From: Octopus sinensis
Taxonomy: Eukaryota
NCBI RefSeq assembly: GCF_006345805.1
Contig: NC_043016.1
Coordinates: forward strand, 28,086,001 to 28,150,000
DNA: 64,000 nt
Reading direction: 5' to 3'
A program made the position numbers and the translations under genes. The notes under the pieces are model-generated. The model worked only from the letters and a program-made list of their open reading frames with translations. It had not been told where the DNA came from and searched no databases. Position 1 is the first letter of the stretch. Each line of letters starts with the position of its first letter. Of this stretch, positions 62,141-64,000 are shown piece by piece.

Positions 62141-64000
62141 CTAAGTGAAATATTAAACAGCCTCAAATAGAGATAGCTGAAAATAGAAATTGTGATATCT
62201 GTCATTCAACCCCAAGTGAAAAGTGAATATAAAGAATCATGCTTTTTGCCAACTACATATTTCAATGGTTTCTGAAAATAAATAATAATGAGAAAACATA
62301 CAAAATTGCATTCCCTGCTTTATAAATTTTCAATAATTAATTATTTTATCCAATTATTTATCTGTTGTAATTTCAGGGTTTTCCCCTCGCAACAAACAAC
62401 AAAATTGAAATAACTTCATCTCCTAACCCCTATGTTCTACTATCCCCATCTGGGACAGGTTAAAAGTTAATTACTTGCTTATGCTTGTATAGTTAATATG
62501 TCTTTGTTGAAGGGTATCTTATGTCAAGATTGAAGACATCCTCTACTAAACTGGGACTAGCTTTCTGTTTTTCTCAATCCATCTAGGATTGCAAGGACCT
62601 TGCTCAGATCATCATTGGTTTGCAAGATGTTAATTTTAATGTTTGCATGAAAATCACTTTTTTGATATGCTAGCACAAGGCATCACTCATCTCCACACAT
62701 CCCTGCTCTTGTGATAGAACATGTAGACTTGTACGAGATCAAAACTGATATCATCAGTGCAGAACTCATTAGAATACAGCTTACAAACAAACTGCATCAC
62801 AACCTCTTTCAGTTGTGCTGGTAAATGATACAAGGGGATAGTAGAACTTTATTCTCATCTCAAAACAGAATTACTTTCCTTTAAACTTGAAAAATGATAT
62901 ACTATCTGACCAGGATAGCCATTGCTTTGTATTCTGTGTTTCCTAAGCATAAAGTAATGAGGTGAGAGAAAGCATTTTGGTTTCTTTTCTAATTTCAAAT
63001 GAAATTCATTTTCATTTAATGCATTAAATCTTTGTCTTCTTCAAATTTCAACTGTTTGGAGTTTTTAATGATTTAAGGTGTGGTCTTTGTAATTCATGCA
63101 TTTGATATCATATAAACTTTGATATATTTGATTTCCTTGTTTGTTTATTCTCAAGTATATTTTAGTTATCTCTAAACTGACATTCAAAATTTTATACCGC
63201 TATCATAAACACAGTACTTTACAGGGATAAAATAATTGTACATAGATTTGCAGATCTTTTTTTAAGAGCACATAGTACCAAATATTTTCAGAATGGACCA
63301 TCAAATAAAATATCAAAACTATTTGAGGATTGATAATTTCCTTAAAAGCACAGATTCATGGAACTTTAGATTTCATATACCTCCTATTGAGCTGAAGTTG
63401 TAATTTAGGTTCCTATCTTTAATGTCAAAATGTAAACTCTTGTATCAATTTGAACTGTTTCACGTATTGTACTGTATCACATGTCAAATAATTTTATCTG
63501 GTTAACATTTGTCATGTCTATACATGTGACTGTTGATTAGTAATAGCTCAACATTAGCTACTGTAGAATGATTAACTAATCTAAAACCTGTAATTCTGTC
63601 CTTGCTTGTTGAAAATATTGTGGTATAACTTTAATATTATTCTACAGCACAATTTAAGTATCTTTCCTTTTTTTTCTGTTTCAGCCATTAAACTACGGTC
63701 ATGGTGGGGCACCACCTTGCAGAATTTTTAGTCGAATGAATCAACCCCAGTACTATTTCTTAAGGCCTGGCACCTTTCCTATCAGTCTCTTTTACTGACA
63801 GAATAAGTACCAGACATAAATAAACCAACACCAGCTGTCAAGTGGTGGTGGTGGTGGTGGTGGTGAACAAACACACACACATACAATGGGCTTCTTTCAG
63901 TTTCTGTCTACCAAATCCATTCATAAGGCTTTGGTTGATCCAGGGCTATAATAGAAGACATTTGCCCAAGCTGTCACTCAGTGGGACTAAACCCTAAATT

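Noticed and set aside
62785-62817. 33-nt phase-1 AG/GT-bounded segment (xQLKEVVMQFV) as a ZDHHC upstream exon
   Set aside because: Lacks the conserved WSYYAY...LC sequence of the true first exon; such segments arise by chance and would need RNA evidence

Overview
AT-rich, repeat-dense eukaryotic genomic DNA. The tRNA-derived SINEs, RTE-type LINE tails ending in (GAT)n and abundant microsatellites resemble those of Octopus/coleoid cephalopods; this taxon call is pattern recognition, not a database result. One protein-coding gene can be reconstructed, on the minus strand: a DHHC palmitoyltransferase of the ZDHHC2/15/20 subfamily. It has 10 coding exons from 48341 down to the stop at 23468. All junctions are GT-AG and phase-compatible, giving 905 nt of open frame with the DHHC-CRD, TTxE and PaCCT motifs. 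The first coding exon was not found and probably lies beyond 64000. Almost all ORFs in the supplied track are spurious repeat or microsatellite frames. The rest of the window is SINEs, RTE LINE remnants, hAT and piggyBac MITEs, a mariner fragment, a Helitron with both termini intact, and minisatellites. Items most worth a second look: a near-perfect 127-bp-arm fold-back palindrome centred on a retroposon tail, three decayed hammerhead-ribozyme-like motifs, an intronic inverted repeat between the two zinc-finger exons (candidate ADAR substrate), and a candidate in-frame 33-nt microexon. I found no CRISPR array and no convincing novel multi-gene system.
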